From contig JANMBN010000052.1 in the NCBI GenBank assembly GCA_031360485.1, positions 14,087-78,086 on the forward strand: DNA of 64,000 nucleotides, read 5' to 3'. Source of the DNA: Betaproteobacteria bacterium. Lineage in GTDB: Bacteria > Pseudomonadota > Gammaproteobacteria > Burkholderiales > Casimicrobiaceae. Within the stretch, counting starts at the first letter, position 1. Each line of letters opens with the position of its first letter. Shown one piece after another: positions 17,513 to 26,093 of this stretch. The notes under the pieces were generated by a model. That model searched no databases and was not told where the DNA came from. It saw only the letters and a list, made by a program, of their open reading frames with translations. The position numbers were made by a program, and so were the translations under genes.

Positions 17513-18289
17513 ATGGCGAAGAAATGGGCCGCGTTCCCGCACCCGGAAAAGACCTACTTGCACGACATCGCGGGGCTCAGGAAAGTCTGGGCGCGCCTGC
17601 ACCGCGGCGATTGCGAGCCATTGCCGAAAGAACCCGCCGTGCTGGACGCGTGGCGCCACTTTCACGCCGGCGACTTCGGCGACGCGGTCGACGCGGGGCG
17701 CAAGGCCGGTGGCGCGGGGATCCATGCCGCGGTGAAGGCGCAGATGATCTACGCGAACTACCTCGAGAAATCCGAAAAGGCGAAGCTCGCGCTGCTCGAG
17801 GAGGCCGCGGGCTGGGCCGATGAGCGGCGCGCCGAGGCGCCGAAACTCGCCAACGCGCATTATCTGTACGCCTATGCGCTGGGTCGCTACAGCCAGGGCA
17901 TCTCGGTCGCGAAGGCGCTGGCGCAGGGCTTCGGCGGCAAGATCAAGGATGCGCTCAATACGGCACTCAAGCTCGAGCCGAAACACGCGGACGCCCACAT
18001 CGCCTACGGGTCGTATCAGGCCGAGATCATCGATAAGGTCGGCGGGCTCGTGGCGGGAATGACCTACGGCGCGAAAAAGGACTCCGCGCTCGAGCATTTC
18101 CAGAAGGCATTGAAGCTCAATCCCGATTCGGCGATTGCACGGATCGAGTACGCGAACGGCCTCATCATGCTGTTCGGAAAGACCCGGATGGCCGACGCCG
18201 AGAAGCTCTACAAGGAAGCGGCAGCATGCAAACCCGCGGACGCCATGGAGCGCCTGGACGTCGAGCTCGCGCGCTCGGAGCTGGATTAG
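17513..18289 (+). CDS. conserved hypothetical, all-helical (TPR-like) protein
   Basis: 258 aa with G/C-rich third positions, 12 nt after the TetR stop. Repeated helical hairpin-like segments (AHYLYAYALGRYSQ, ALKLEPKHADAHIAYGSY, ALKLNPDSAIARIEYANG). Confidence 0.55.
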   Translation: MAKKWAAFPHPEKTYLHDIAGLRKVWARLHRGDCEPLPKEPAVLDAWRHFHAGDFGDAVDAGRKAGGAGIHAAVKAQMIYANYLEKSEKAKLALLEEAAGWADERRAEAPKLANAHYLYAYALGRYSQGISVAKALAQGFGGKIKDALNTALKLEPKHADAHIAYGSYQAEIIDKVGGLVAGMTYGAKKDSALEHFQKALKLNPDSAIARIEYANGLIMLFGKTRMADAEKLYKEAAACKPADAMERLDVELARSELD

Positions 18290-18339
18290 AGACTGCGGCG
18301 CGCTGGGCATCCCCGGAATGAGTCGCCGTCCGGCGACTG

Positions 18340-19812
18340 CTATGCCGAGGTCCCCCCTACTGCCCTCGCGGCGACCGCGGGATCGAGGTCGCCCTCGCGC
18401 GGCCAGGGAGCCAGCAGCGTCGTCAGCACCAGCTTCTCGAACTCGGGGCCAAAGCGCGCGATGATGCCTTCGGGATCCGGGACCAGTCCGCGGTCGGTGA
18501 TGAGACCGAACTGCACGTGGCCGGCGTACGACAGGATCGAGACACCCATTCCGATGTCGCCGGATTGCGGCACCCAGAACAGGAAGCGCTCGATCGCAGC
18601 ACCCGCGAAATAGAGTTGCTGCTGCGGACCGGGCACGTTCGTCATCACCGCGCTGCCGTTGCGCGCCAGCGCCTGCAGGAGCTGCTCCTGGAGCATCTTC
18701 GGTCCCGCACCCATCGCCGCGAGCAGGCCGAGCGCCAGGATCGGCTGATAGCTTCCCTTCAGCGCGTCCATGTTCGCCCGCACCGCATACAGCCGTTCCA
18801 CGGGATTTTCGATGCCGAGCGGCAGATCGAGAAAGACGAGCCCGAACTGGTTGCCGAGCCGATACGCCTTCTCCAGCGGACGCAGGTTCACCGGCACCAG
18901 CGCACGGATCATCACGCCGTCGGCGGGGTCGCCCTTGTGCACCAGGTACTCGCGCAGCGCGCCCGCGACACAGGACAGGAGGACGTCGTTGACCGAAGCG
19001 GCGAGCGCCTTGCTGACGGCCTTCACTTCGTCGAGGGAGATCGGCTCGGCCCAGGCGACGCGCTTGGCCACACCCGGCTTGCCCTTGAACCGCGTCGCCG
19101 AATCCTGCGGCATCAGCGCGAGCTTCGCGATTTCGGCCGTCAGCGCGCCGCCCTGCTCGGCCAGCGCGACGGCGCTCGCCGGGTCCTGCCAGATGGCGGC
19201 ACCCTTCTCGATCAGCGCCGATCCGGCCTTGCGCGCCAGCTTCATCACGCCGGAGACCGGCTTCATCAGCTGCGCGAGCGCATCGTCCGCGTCGGCGCTC
19301 TGCCGGCGCCGCGGCGCGGGCTCGAACGGCATCGCAGGCGGCCCCTCCGGCGCCGCGTCGGTCATCGACATCAGCACGCGCACGAGGGCGATGCCGTCGG
19401 CGTAGCAATGATGAATGCGCGCGATCAGCGCGCTTGCGCCGTTGAAGTTTTCGACGAGGTGGAACTGCCACAGCGGTCGCGCCGGATCGAGCGGCACGCT
19501 GGCGAGGCGGCTCACCAGCGTCTGCAGCTCCTTCGTCCCGGCACGGCCGGGCAGAGCGACGCGCGCGACATGCTTTTCGATATCGAAATCGATGGCGGTT
19601 TCCCAGTACGCGGCGCCCAGACGTTCCGTGGGGCGCTGGCGAAACCGCTGGAACTTGAGGAAGCGCTCCTCGATGATTCGCGCAAGTCGCTCGAGGCGAA
19701 TGCGCTCGGCGAAGATCAGCACGCCGCAGATCATCATCAGATTGCTCGGCCTGTCCATCCGCAGCCAGGCGGTGTCGACTGCCGAAATCTTTTCGCGCCG
19801 GGAGCTGGTCAT
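18340..19812 (-). CDS. wax ester synthase / acyl-CoA:diacylglycerol acyltransferase (WS/DGAT)
   Basis: Catalytic HHxxxDG motif present as IHHCYADGIAL. The N-terminal SAVDTAWLRMDRPSNLMMI and the 490-aa length are typical of the family. Confidence 0.9.
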   Translation of the reverse strand: MTSSRREKISAVDTAWLRMDRPSNLMMICGVLIFAERIRLERLARIIEERFLKFQRFRQRPTERLGAAYWETAIDFDIEKHVARVALPGRAGTKELQTLVSRLASVPLDPARPLWQFHLVENFNGASALIARIHHCYADGIALVRVLMSMTDAAPEGPPAMPFEPAPRRRQSADADDALAQLMKPVSGVMKLARKAGSALIEKGAAIWQDPASAVALAEQGGALTAEIAKLALMPQDSATRFKGKPGVAKRVAWAEPISLDEVKAVSKALAASVNDVLLSCVAGALREYLVHKGDPADGVMIRALVPVNLRPLEKAYRLGNQFGLVFLDLPLGIENPVERLYAVRANMDALKGSYQPILALGLLAAMGAGPKMLQEQLLQALARNGSAVMTNVPGPQQQLYFAGAAIERFLFWVPQSGDIGMGVSILSYAGHVQFGLITDRGLVPDPEGIIARFGPEFEKLVLTTLLAPWPREGDLDPAVAARAVGGTSA

Positions 19813-19950
19813 GCGGGGAGGAAGGCGGGTCGCACAGGGGCCTGGCGGCCCGGAAGATTCGGATGCGGACGCGCGCAGATTGCGCGCGCTTTCGGCTTCG
19901 CGCTAAAGTAGCACAAACCCCGCGCGCGGGGAAAACCGGAGGAGGATCCG

Positions 19951-20226
19951 ATGGCTGCGCCGAAAAAAGACGATACCAAGACCCGATTCGAAGCGGCCGC
20001 AGCCGCGGCCAAGCAGACGAAGAAGAAGCCGGACAATGCGACGCTGCTCAAGCTCTACTCGTATTACAAGCAGGCGACCGACGGCGACGTCAGGGGCGAG
20101 CGTCCCGGCGGCTTCGATTTCGTCGGCGGCGCAAAGCACGACGCGTGGTCCAAGCTCAAAGGGATGAGCAGGGACGACGCGATGCAGAATTACATCAAGC
20201 AGGTCGACAAGCTGAATCGGGAATAG
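19951..20226 (+). CDS. acyl-CoA-binding protein (ACBP)
   Basis: 91 aa with the ACBP signature: KPDNATLLKLYSYYKQATDGDV...PGGFDFVGGAKHDAWSKLKGMSRDDAMQNYI. Confidence 0.85.
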   Translation: MAAPKKDDTKTRFEAAAAAAKQTKKKPDNATLLKLYSYYKQATDGDVRGERPGGFDFVGGAKHDAWSKLKGMSRDDAMQNYIKQVDKLNRE

Positions 20227-20256
20227 CGCGCGCGCCTGTCCGCGTGCGCATCAGCG

Positions 20257-20778
20257 CTACCTAGCCGCAGCCTTGCGCGCCTTGGCCGCGGTCTTCGCGG
20301 CGCGCTTTTTCGCGGGTGCGTTTCCAACCGGGATCGCGCGCTTTCCTCCGGAGGCCTTGACGAGCATGTTGACGGCCCCGGCGAGTTCGTCGACGCGCGC
20401 GGCGAGACGTTGCACGTCGTTCTGCGTGTAGACCCCCAGCTTCGAAAGCGTCCGCGCGACGCGGTCCTCGAACACCTGCTCCAGCTTGTCCCACGTTCCG
20501 CCCGCCATTTGCTGCATCTCCTTTGCTTTGGCCGTCGCGGCGCCGCGAGCGGCGGCCGCCGTCTCCGTGGCGACCTTCCGGGTTCGATCCTGAAGCTGCT
20601 CGCCCTGTTTGACCAACGATTCGAACACCTTGGTGCCTTCCTGCTGCGCCCGGGAAAATGCCCCCAGGCCGGCGAGCCATATCTGGTGCGATGACTTGAG
20701 CATGCCCTGCGCCAGGTCGTCCTCCTTCGCCGCCCCGGTGTCGCCAGCCTCCATTTTCGCCTTCGCCTTTTTTAGCAT
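20257..20778 (-). CDS. phasin-family protein with basic Ala/Lys/Arg tail
   Basis: SSHQIWLAGLGAFSRAQQEGTKVFESLVKQGEQLQ parallels the first phasin. Tail: APAKKRAAKTAAKARKAAAR. GGAGA RBS before ATG 20778. Confidence 0.8.
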   Translation of the reverse strand: MLKKAKAKMEAGDTGAAKEDDLAQGMLKSSHQIWLAGLGAFSRAQQEGTKVFESLVKQGEQLQDRTRKVATETAAAARGAATAKAKEMQQMAGGTWDKLEQVFEDRVARTLSKLGVYTQNDVQRLAARVDELAGAVNMLVKASGGKRAIPVGNAPAKKRAAKTAAKARKAAAR

Positions 20779-21025
20779 CCTGCGGTCTCCTTGTGACGCT
20801 CGAGCCACACACGCCGCCTCGCGCCGTGCGGGTTCTGCATGCCCAGCGGCAATTCTAGGCGCACTCGGTTAGAGCAAACAAACTAATCGGCGAAGGCGGC
20901 ACGGGAACGCGCAGATTGCCGAGCACAATCCGCGCCGGCCGGAACCGCGGCCCCGCCCCCCACGGCGAGTTACAATCGCGCTCCACCGCACCCGGCAGGA
21001 CATCCGGGCGCCTTCATTTTCCCGG

Positions 21026-21036
21026 CCCCCCCCCCC
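21026..21036. repeat. homopolymeric C11 tract in the 5' region of the fatty acyl-CoA reductase gene
   Basis: 11 consecutive C, counted directly, ending 43 nt upstream of ATG 21080. Confidence 0.9.
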
Positions 21037-21079
21037 GCAAAAGGGACAGGCCCTCCGCCCAATCGCAAGGAGACTCCAG

Positions 21080-23065
21080 ATGGCTTATTTCGTCACCGGC
21101 GCGACCGGCTTCATCGGGCGGTACCTCGTCGAGAACCTCCTGAAGCGCGGCAAACCGGTCTACGTTCTCGTGCGCAAAGGCTCGGAGAAGAAGCTCGCGG
21201 CGATGCGCGAGCACTGGGGCGCCGACGACAAGCAGGTGATCGGGGTCACCGGCGATCTCGCGGCACCCGGTTTCGGCGTCGCCGCGGGTGACGCGAAGAA
21301 GCTCAAAGGCAAGATCGATCACTTCTTCCATCTCGCCGCGATCTACGACATCGCCGCGAGCGCGGAGGCGCAGCAGGTCGCCAATGTCGAGGGGACGAGG
21401 AACGCGGTACGGTTCGCCGAGGCTGTCCAGGCGGGCTGCTTCCATCACGTGAGCTCGATTGCCGCGGCGGGTCTGTACGACGGCACTTTTCGCGAGGACA
21501 TGTTCGCGGAGGCGGAGGACCTCGACCATCCGTACTTCAAGACCAAGCACGACTCCGAGGGCATCGTGCGCCGCGAGTGCAAGCGGCCGTTCCGCGTCTA
21601 CCGTCCGGGATTCGTCGTCGGCCATTCGAAAACCGGCGAGATCGACAAGATCGACGGGCCGTATTACTTCTTCAAGACGCTCCAGAAATTGCGCACGCTG
21701 CTGCCGCCGTGGATGCCGATGATCGGCATCGAAGGCGGGCGCATCAATATCGTGCCGGTCGATTTCGTCGCCGATTCGCTCGACTACCTCGCGCACAGGA
21801 AGGGGCTGGACGGCAAATGCTTCCACCTGACCGACCCCGAGCCGCATCGAATCGGCGAGGTGCTCAACATCTTCGCCAATGCGGGCCACGCGCCGCAGAT
21901 GACAATGCGCATCAACGCCAAAATGTTCGGATTCATTCCGGCGCCGATCCTCTACGGCCTCGGGTCGCTCGCGCCGGTCAAGCGCGCGATCAAAGTCGTG
22001 CTCACCGACCTCGGGATCCCGCGCGACGTGTTTCAGTTTATCAATTGGCCGACGCGCTACGACAACCGCGAGGCAACGAAGGCGTTGAAGGGCTCGGGAA
22101 TCTCAGTCCCGCGGCTGGAATCGTATGCGGCCAAGCTGTGGGACTACTGGGAGCGCCACCTCGACCCGGATCTCTTCATCGACCGTTCGCTGTCGGGCCG
22201 CGTCAAGGACAAGGTCGTCGTCGTGACCGGTTCGTCGTCGGGCATCGGCAAGGCAACCGCGCTGAAGCTCGCCGAGGCAGGCGCCAAGGTGATCCTCGTC
22301 GCGCGCGGCGAGGACAAGCTTCTCGAAACGAAGGCCGAGATCGACCGGACGGGCGGCAAGGCGTGGATCTACGCTGCCGACATCGCCGACCTCGCCTCCT
22401 GCGACGCGCTGGTTCAGCGTGTGCAGAAGGAGCACGGCGGTTGCGACTTCCTCGTCAACAATGCCGGCCGCTCGATCCGCCGCGGCGTGATCAACTCGTT
22501 CGACCGCTTCCACGATTTCGAGCGGACGATGCAGTTGAACTACTTCGGCGCGCTGCGGCTCATCATGGGCTTCCTGCCGAAGATGATCGAGAAGAAGCGC
22601 GGGCACATCATCAACATCTCGTCGATCGGCGTGCTGACGAACGCCCCGCGGTTCTCGGCGTATGTCGCGTCGAAATCGGCCCTCGACTCGTTCTCGGCGT
22701 GCGCCGCGTCCGAGTTCCTCGACAAGGGAATCCACTTCACGACGATCAACATGCCGCTCGTGCGCACGCCGATGATCGCGCCGACGAAGATCTACGAAAG
22801 CGTCCCGACGCTGTCGCCGGAGGAAGCCGCCGGCCTCGTCGTCGACGCCATCGTGCATCGCCAGGTGCGGATCGCGTCGCGCCTCGGCATCTTCGGCGCC
22901 GTGTCCCACGCGGCGGCCCCGAAGCTCACGCAGGTTCTGCTCAACACCGCGTTCAACATGTTCCCGGATTCGAGCGCCGCGATCGGGAAGAAGGGCGGCG
23001 AACCGCAGCCGCTGACCGCCGAACAGATGGCGTTCGCCCAGCTCACGCAGGGGATTCACTGGTAA
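21080..23065 (+). CDS. two-domain fatty acyl-CoA reductase (NAD-binding FAR domain + C-terminal SDR)
   Basis: N-terminal GATGFIGRYLVENLL Rossmann motif of the male-sterility/FAR type. Second domain has VVVVTGSSSGIGKATALKL and YVASKSAL (YxxxK). 661 aa, the architecture I recall for the longer Marinobacter alcohol-forming reductase. Confidence 0.8.
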   Translation: MAYFVTGATGFIGRYLVENLLKRGKPVYVLVRKGSEKKLAAMREHWGADDKQVIGVTGDLAAPGFGVAAGDAKKLKGKIDHFFHLAAIYDIAASAEAQQVANVEGTRNAVRFAEAVQAGCFHHVSSIAAAGLYDGTFREDMFAEAEDLDHPYFKTKHDSEGIVRRECKRPFRVYRPGFVVGHSKTGEIDKIDGPYYFFKTLQKLRTLLPPWMPMIGIEGGRINIVPVDFVADSLDYLAHRKGLDGKCFHLTDPEPHRIGEVLNIFANAGHAPQMTMRINAKMFGFIPAPILYGLGSLAPVKRAIKVVLTDLGIPRDVFQFINWPTRYDNREATKALKGSGISVPRLESYAAKLWDYWERHLDPDLFIDRSLSGRVKDKVVVVTGSSSGIGKATALKLAEAGAKVILVARGEDKLLETKAEIDRTGGKAWIYAADIADLASCDALVQRVQKEHGGCDFLVNNAGRSIRRGVINSFDRFHDFERTMQLNYFGALRLIMGFLPKMIEKKRGHIINISSIGVLTNAPRFSAYVASKSALDSFSACAASEFLDKGIHFTTINMPLVRTPMIAPTKIYESVPTLSPEEAAGLVVDAIVHRQVRIASRLGIFGAVSHAAAPKLTQVLLNTAFNMFPDSSAAIGKKGGEPQPLTAEQMAFAQLTQGIHW

Positions 23066-23107
23066 GTCCGCGGGGACCGCGAAAGGCCGGAAGCGCCGTC
23101 GGCGCCC

Positions 23108-24061
23108 TCAGCGGGCCGCGCCTTCCGCCGCTGCCGTTGCGCGCCCAGATTCCTGCGCGGCGCGCACAAGCTCCCGGGCGACGAGCGCGTACACGCCCGG
23201 ATCGCCGAGAAGCGCGTTGTGTCCGACGCCGACGAGTTCGATGTTCTCCGCACCGGGAAGGCGCGAACTCGTTTGCGGCGCGACCATCGTATCGTGCCAC
23301 GACCAGACGGAAACCAGCCGGGCGGCCGGCGTGGCGCCCTCGTCGCGATTGAGCTCGGCGAGCCACGCGTTACCCGGCCGCAATTGACCGAGGCAGATTC
23401 CGGGGAAAAGCCATGCGTGCACGCTGCCATGGTGCGGCGCGCCCAGCGTCATCACCAGGGCGATCCTCGACGCGCCGAAGCGACGCTGGTACGCGCGGGC
23501 GACGATCCCGCCCATGCTGTGGCCGACAAGCGCGACCCGCGCCGCGCCCGTCGCGCGAAGGATCGCGTCGACCTTCGCCGCGACCTGAGCCGCGAAATCG
23601 TCGATGGAGGCGAGCGGGGGGCCATAGCACATCGTGTAGACGGGACCGATGCCGCGCGCGACGAGATCACGGCGCATTCCGAACCACACGCCCGAATTGC
23701 ACAGTACGCCATGCAGCAGCAGGACCGGCGCCGCCGCGGGTGCCGGCGCCGGGTCGCGCATCAGCAAGCCGAAGAGCGCCATTCGCGGGCCCGACCGGAC
23801 AATCGCGCGCAACTCGTGCCAGTAGAGACGTACGCTCGCCGCGAAATCGATCCGCGACGCGGGCGGGCGCGGTGCGCGGTACAGCCACGCCAGCGCGAGC
23901 CAGGTCGAAGTGACCGAGAGCAGGACCGCGGCGTAGATCAGCGCCGCCCCCGCGACATATCCCCACGGGCTCGCACCGCCGGCGACCGCTGCCCCGGCCC
24001 ATGCGACGTACAGCGCGACGGCGCCCCCCGTGACGACCCAGAGCGCGATGGCGGTGATCAT
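23108..24061 (-). CDS. membrane-anchored alpha/beta hydrolase (lipase/esterase-like)
   Basis: Three N-terminal TM helices, then LLLHGVLCNSGVW and the nucleophile elbow VGHSMGG. Confidence 0.7.
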   Translation of the reverse strand: MITAIALWVVTGGAVALYVAWAGAAVAGGASPWGYVAGAALIYAAVLLSVTSTWLALAWLYRAPRPPASRIDFAASVRLYWHELRAIVRSGPRMALFGLLMRDPAPAPAAAPVLLLHGVLCNSGVWFGMRRDLVARGIGPVYTMCYGPPLASIDDFAAQVAAKVDAILRATGAARVALVGHSMGGIVARAYQRRFGASRIALVMTLGAPHHGSVHAWLFPGICLGQLRPGNAWLAELNRDEGATPAARLVSVWSWHDTMVAPQTSSRLPGAENIELVGVGHNALLGDPGVYALVARELVRAAQESGRATAAAEGAAR

Positions 24062-24155
24062 GGCGCGCGACGATTCCGCCCGACCGGCCGGGCCCCGAAT
24101 AACACGAACGCCCGCGAGCCCGGGCCTGATCGTTGCGGGCCGGCGGCCGGCGCGT

Positions 24156-24728
24156 CTAGGCGCGCCGGCGACGCAACGCGAGCCCGCCGGCTGCCGCGAC
24201 GAGCATCAACGTCAGCGGCAACGCCCATCGTCCGAGGGCCGGAATCCGGCGAGCGAGCAGCGCGGCCGCCTGCTGCGCCGTCTGCGGACACGTTCCGTAG
24301 GGACCCACACACGAAAGCAGCACCTCCCGCGACGTGCAGTTGTAATAGACGAAGAATTCGGCTGTGTTGGCGGGCGCGGGCGGCGTTTCGCCGACGTACG
24401 CGTAGGAACCGATCAGCGTATTCGGAGGCTGCAGCAGCAGCAAGGGCATCTGGAATGTCGAGGTTCTGTTGACGACGTTCGACAACGACGTCGGCTGCTC
24501 GACCGGCACCAGCAATGTCGCGCCGGCGAGGTTCGTCGCGCGCCAGGATTCGCTGTGCGCTCCGAGGGTCGTCAGCGTGATATCGAGGTCGCCCGCCGTG
24601 CAGCCGGCGGTGGCGCTGAGTGCCACGCCCTCCGCGATCGCGTCCGCGTGCGCAGGCACGGCGGTCGTCGCAAAGAGCACGGCCGCGAAAAGTCCAATAA
24701 ACCATCCGGATTGGGCGGTTCGGCCCAT
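24156..24728 (-). CDS. secreted protein with IPTL-CTERM-type sorting signal
   Basis: Signal peptide MGRTAQSGWFIGLFAAVLFATTAVPAHA. C-terminus IPALGRWALPLTLMLVAAAGGLALRRRRA consists of an IP(T/A)L motif, Trp, a TM helix and an Arg cluster. Confidence 0.6.
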   Translation of the reverse strand: MGRTAQSGWFIGLFAAVLFATTAVPAHADAIAEGVALSATAGCTAGDLDITLTTLGAHSESWRATNLAGATLLVPVEQPTSLSNVVNRTSTFQMPLLLLQPPNTLIGSYAYVGETPPAPANTAEFFVYYNCTSREVLLSCVGPYGTCPQTAQQAAALLARRIPALGRWALPLTLMLVAAAGGLALRRRRA

Positions 24729-24991
24729 ATCCAACCTTTGTTCAATGCTTGAATGGAGAGAATCATGCGCCTCCGGAGGGCTTTGCGGCAAGCGGGATCC
24801 GCGAAAACTGCACTGTAAACAGGCTTCAGGGCAGGGTTTTTTGTTGGATTCCAACCACAAATGACGAATTGAAGCAAAACGTCGCTATCGCCCGACACTT
24901 TTTCGCGTTGTCGCCCGCCGACAAACCTGTCGGGCCCAACAGCTGGCGCGGACGCGCCCCGTGACGGACAGCGGATCTATCGGACCGGCGC

Positions 24992-25933
24992 CTAGCCGGT
25001 TGCGCGTTGCCCTTCGATCGACTCCATCCGCCAGGCCTTCAAAGCCGGCAACGTTCCGGCGAGATCGGGAATCAGCATGACGCCCGGCAGCGATTTGCGC
25101 ACGCGGCGCGTCATTTCGCCACCGGCCCACAATGCCATCTTGCCGGGGAGCTGGCGGCGCAGTGCCGCGAGCCCGTCACCGGCCTGCCGAACGGGAAACG
25201 CGCCGGAGAACGACAGCGCGATCACGTGCACGTCGTGCGCCAGCGCCGCGCGGCGGATATCGTCGATCGGCGTCTGCACGCCGAGCGACAGGCACTGCGC
25301 GCCCTCGGGCACGAGCAGCGCCTCGACCATCAGCAAGCCCATCCCGTGCTGTTCGCCGGGAAAGGTCGTCAACAGCACTTTGGGGACCCCGGTCTGCCGC
25401 GGAAAGGCGTTGATCACCGTGCGCAGCGCGACCTGTAGCTGCTCGGTGTACAGATGCTCCTCGAACACCGCGAGCTCACCGCGCATCCACGCGTCGCCCA
25501 CCGCGTGATTCAACGACGGAAGCGTCTCGAGGACAAACCGCTGGATGCCCTGCCGCATCAGCAGGTTCGCGAGGGCATTTTGCAGTGCGGCAGCCTCGTG
25601 ATCCGACAGAAGCGCAAGAATCTCCCGTTCGACCGCGGGCGCGGCCTGATCGCGGCGCGGCGCCGTGCGCCCGTCGGCCAGAGCGTTCAGTTCCTGGAGC
25701 GTGTGGTGGATGATCTTGCCGGGACGCAAGCCGACGTCCATCAGACGCTTGATCGCGCGGAGCTTGGCGACTTCGGCGACCGAGTACTGACGTTCGCCGT
25801 TGCCGTCGCGCGACGGTTTGGGAAAGCCGTAGCGGCGCTCCCACATCCGCAGGACGTCCTTCGACAGCCCGGCCTCGCGCTCAACGGCGCTGATGTTGAG
25901 GGCAAGGCTCGAGTTTTCGGCGGTCGGAGTCAT
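24992..25933 (-). CDS. MerR-family regulator with C-terminal cobalamin-binding domain (LitR/CarH-like)
   Basis: MerR HTH ISAVEREAGLSKDVLRMWERRYGFPKPSRDGNGERQYS. B12-binding signature E-x-H-x-x-G (PGEQHGMGLLMV) followed by a Rossmann-like strand pattern (VHVIALSFSG). Confidence 0.8.
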   Translation of the reverse strand: MTPTAENSSLALNISAVEREAGLSKDVLRMWERRYGFPKPSRDGNGERQYSVAEVAKLRAIKRLMDVGLRPGKIIHHTLQELNALADGRTAPRRDQAAPAVEREILALLSDHEAAALQNALANLLMRQGIQRFVLETLPSLNHAVGDAWMRGELAVFEEHLYTEQLQVALRTVINAFPRQTGVPKVLLTTFPGEQHGMGLLMVEALLVPEGAQCLSLGVQTPIDDIRRAALAHDVHVIALSFSGAFPVRQAGDGLAALRRQLPGKMALWAGGEMTRRVRKSLPGVMLIPDLAGTLPALKAWRMESIEGQRATG

Positions 25934-26093
25934 GGTCGTGTAGCGATCGGAAGGGTTGACGACGGGCCCGTGGACTCTTATCGTATCCGAAGTTCAGCTC
26001 TTGTCCAGGACAAATATGATCACGTTCGAAAAAATCGCCGCCCATGGCCGACCGCGATGCGGGACCGCCGAATCCCCTCGCAATGGCGACTCG

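Noticed and set aside
18321-18338. Bidirectional intrinsic terminator between the convergent 258-aa gene and WS/DGAT
   Set aside because: A 7-bp GC stem (AGTCGCC/GGCGACT) is present, but neither strand has a following U-tract. That is not enough to call a terminator.
16472-19471. 999-aa minus-strand ORF
   Set aside because: It is a composite shadow running antisense to the TetR and 258-aa genes and out of frame with WS/DGAT. It is extremely Arg/Ala/Gly-rich.
19870-19888. 19-bp palindrome CGCGCGCAGATTGCGCGCG as an independent regulatory site
   Set aside because: Most of its symmetry comes from (CG)n low-complexity sequence, which is common in this DNA. It is kept only as supporting context for the TetR-operator hypothesis and is not annotated as a separate feature.
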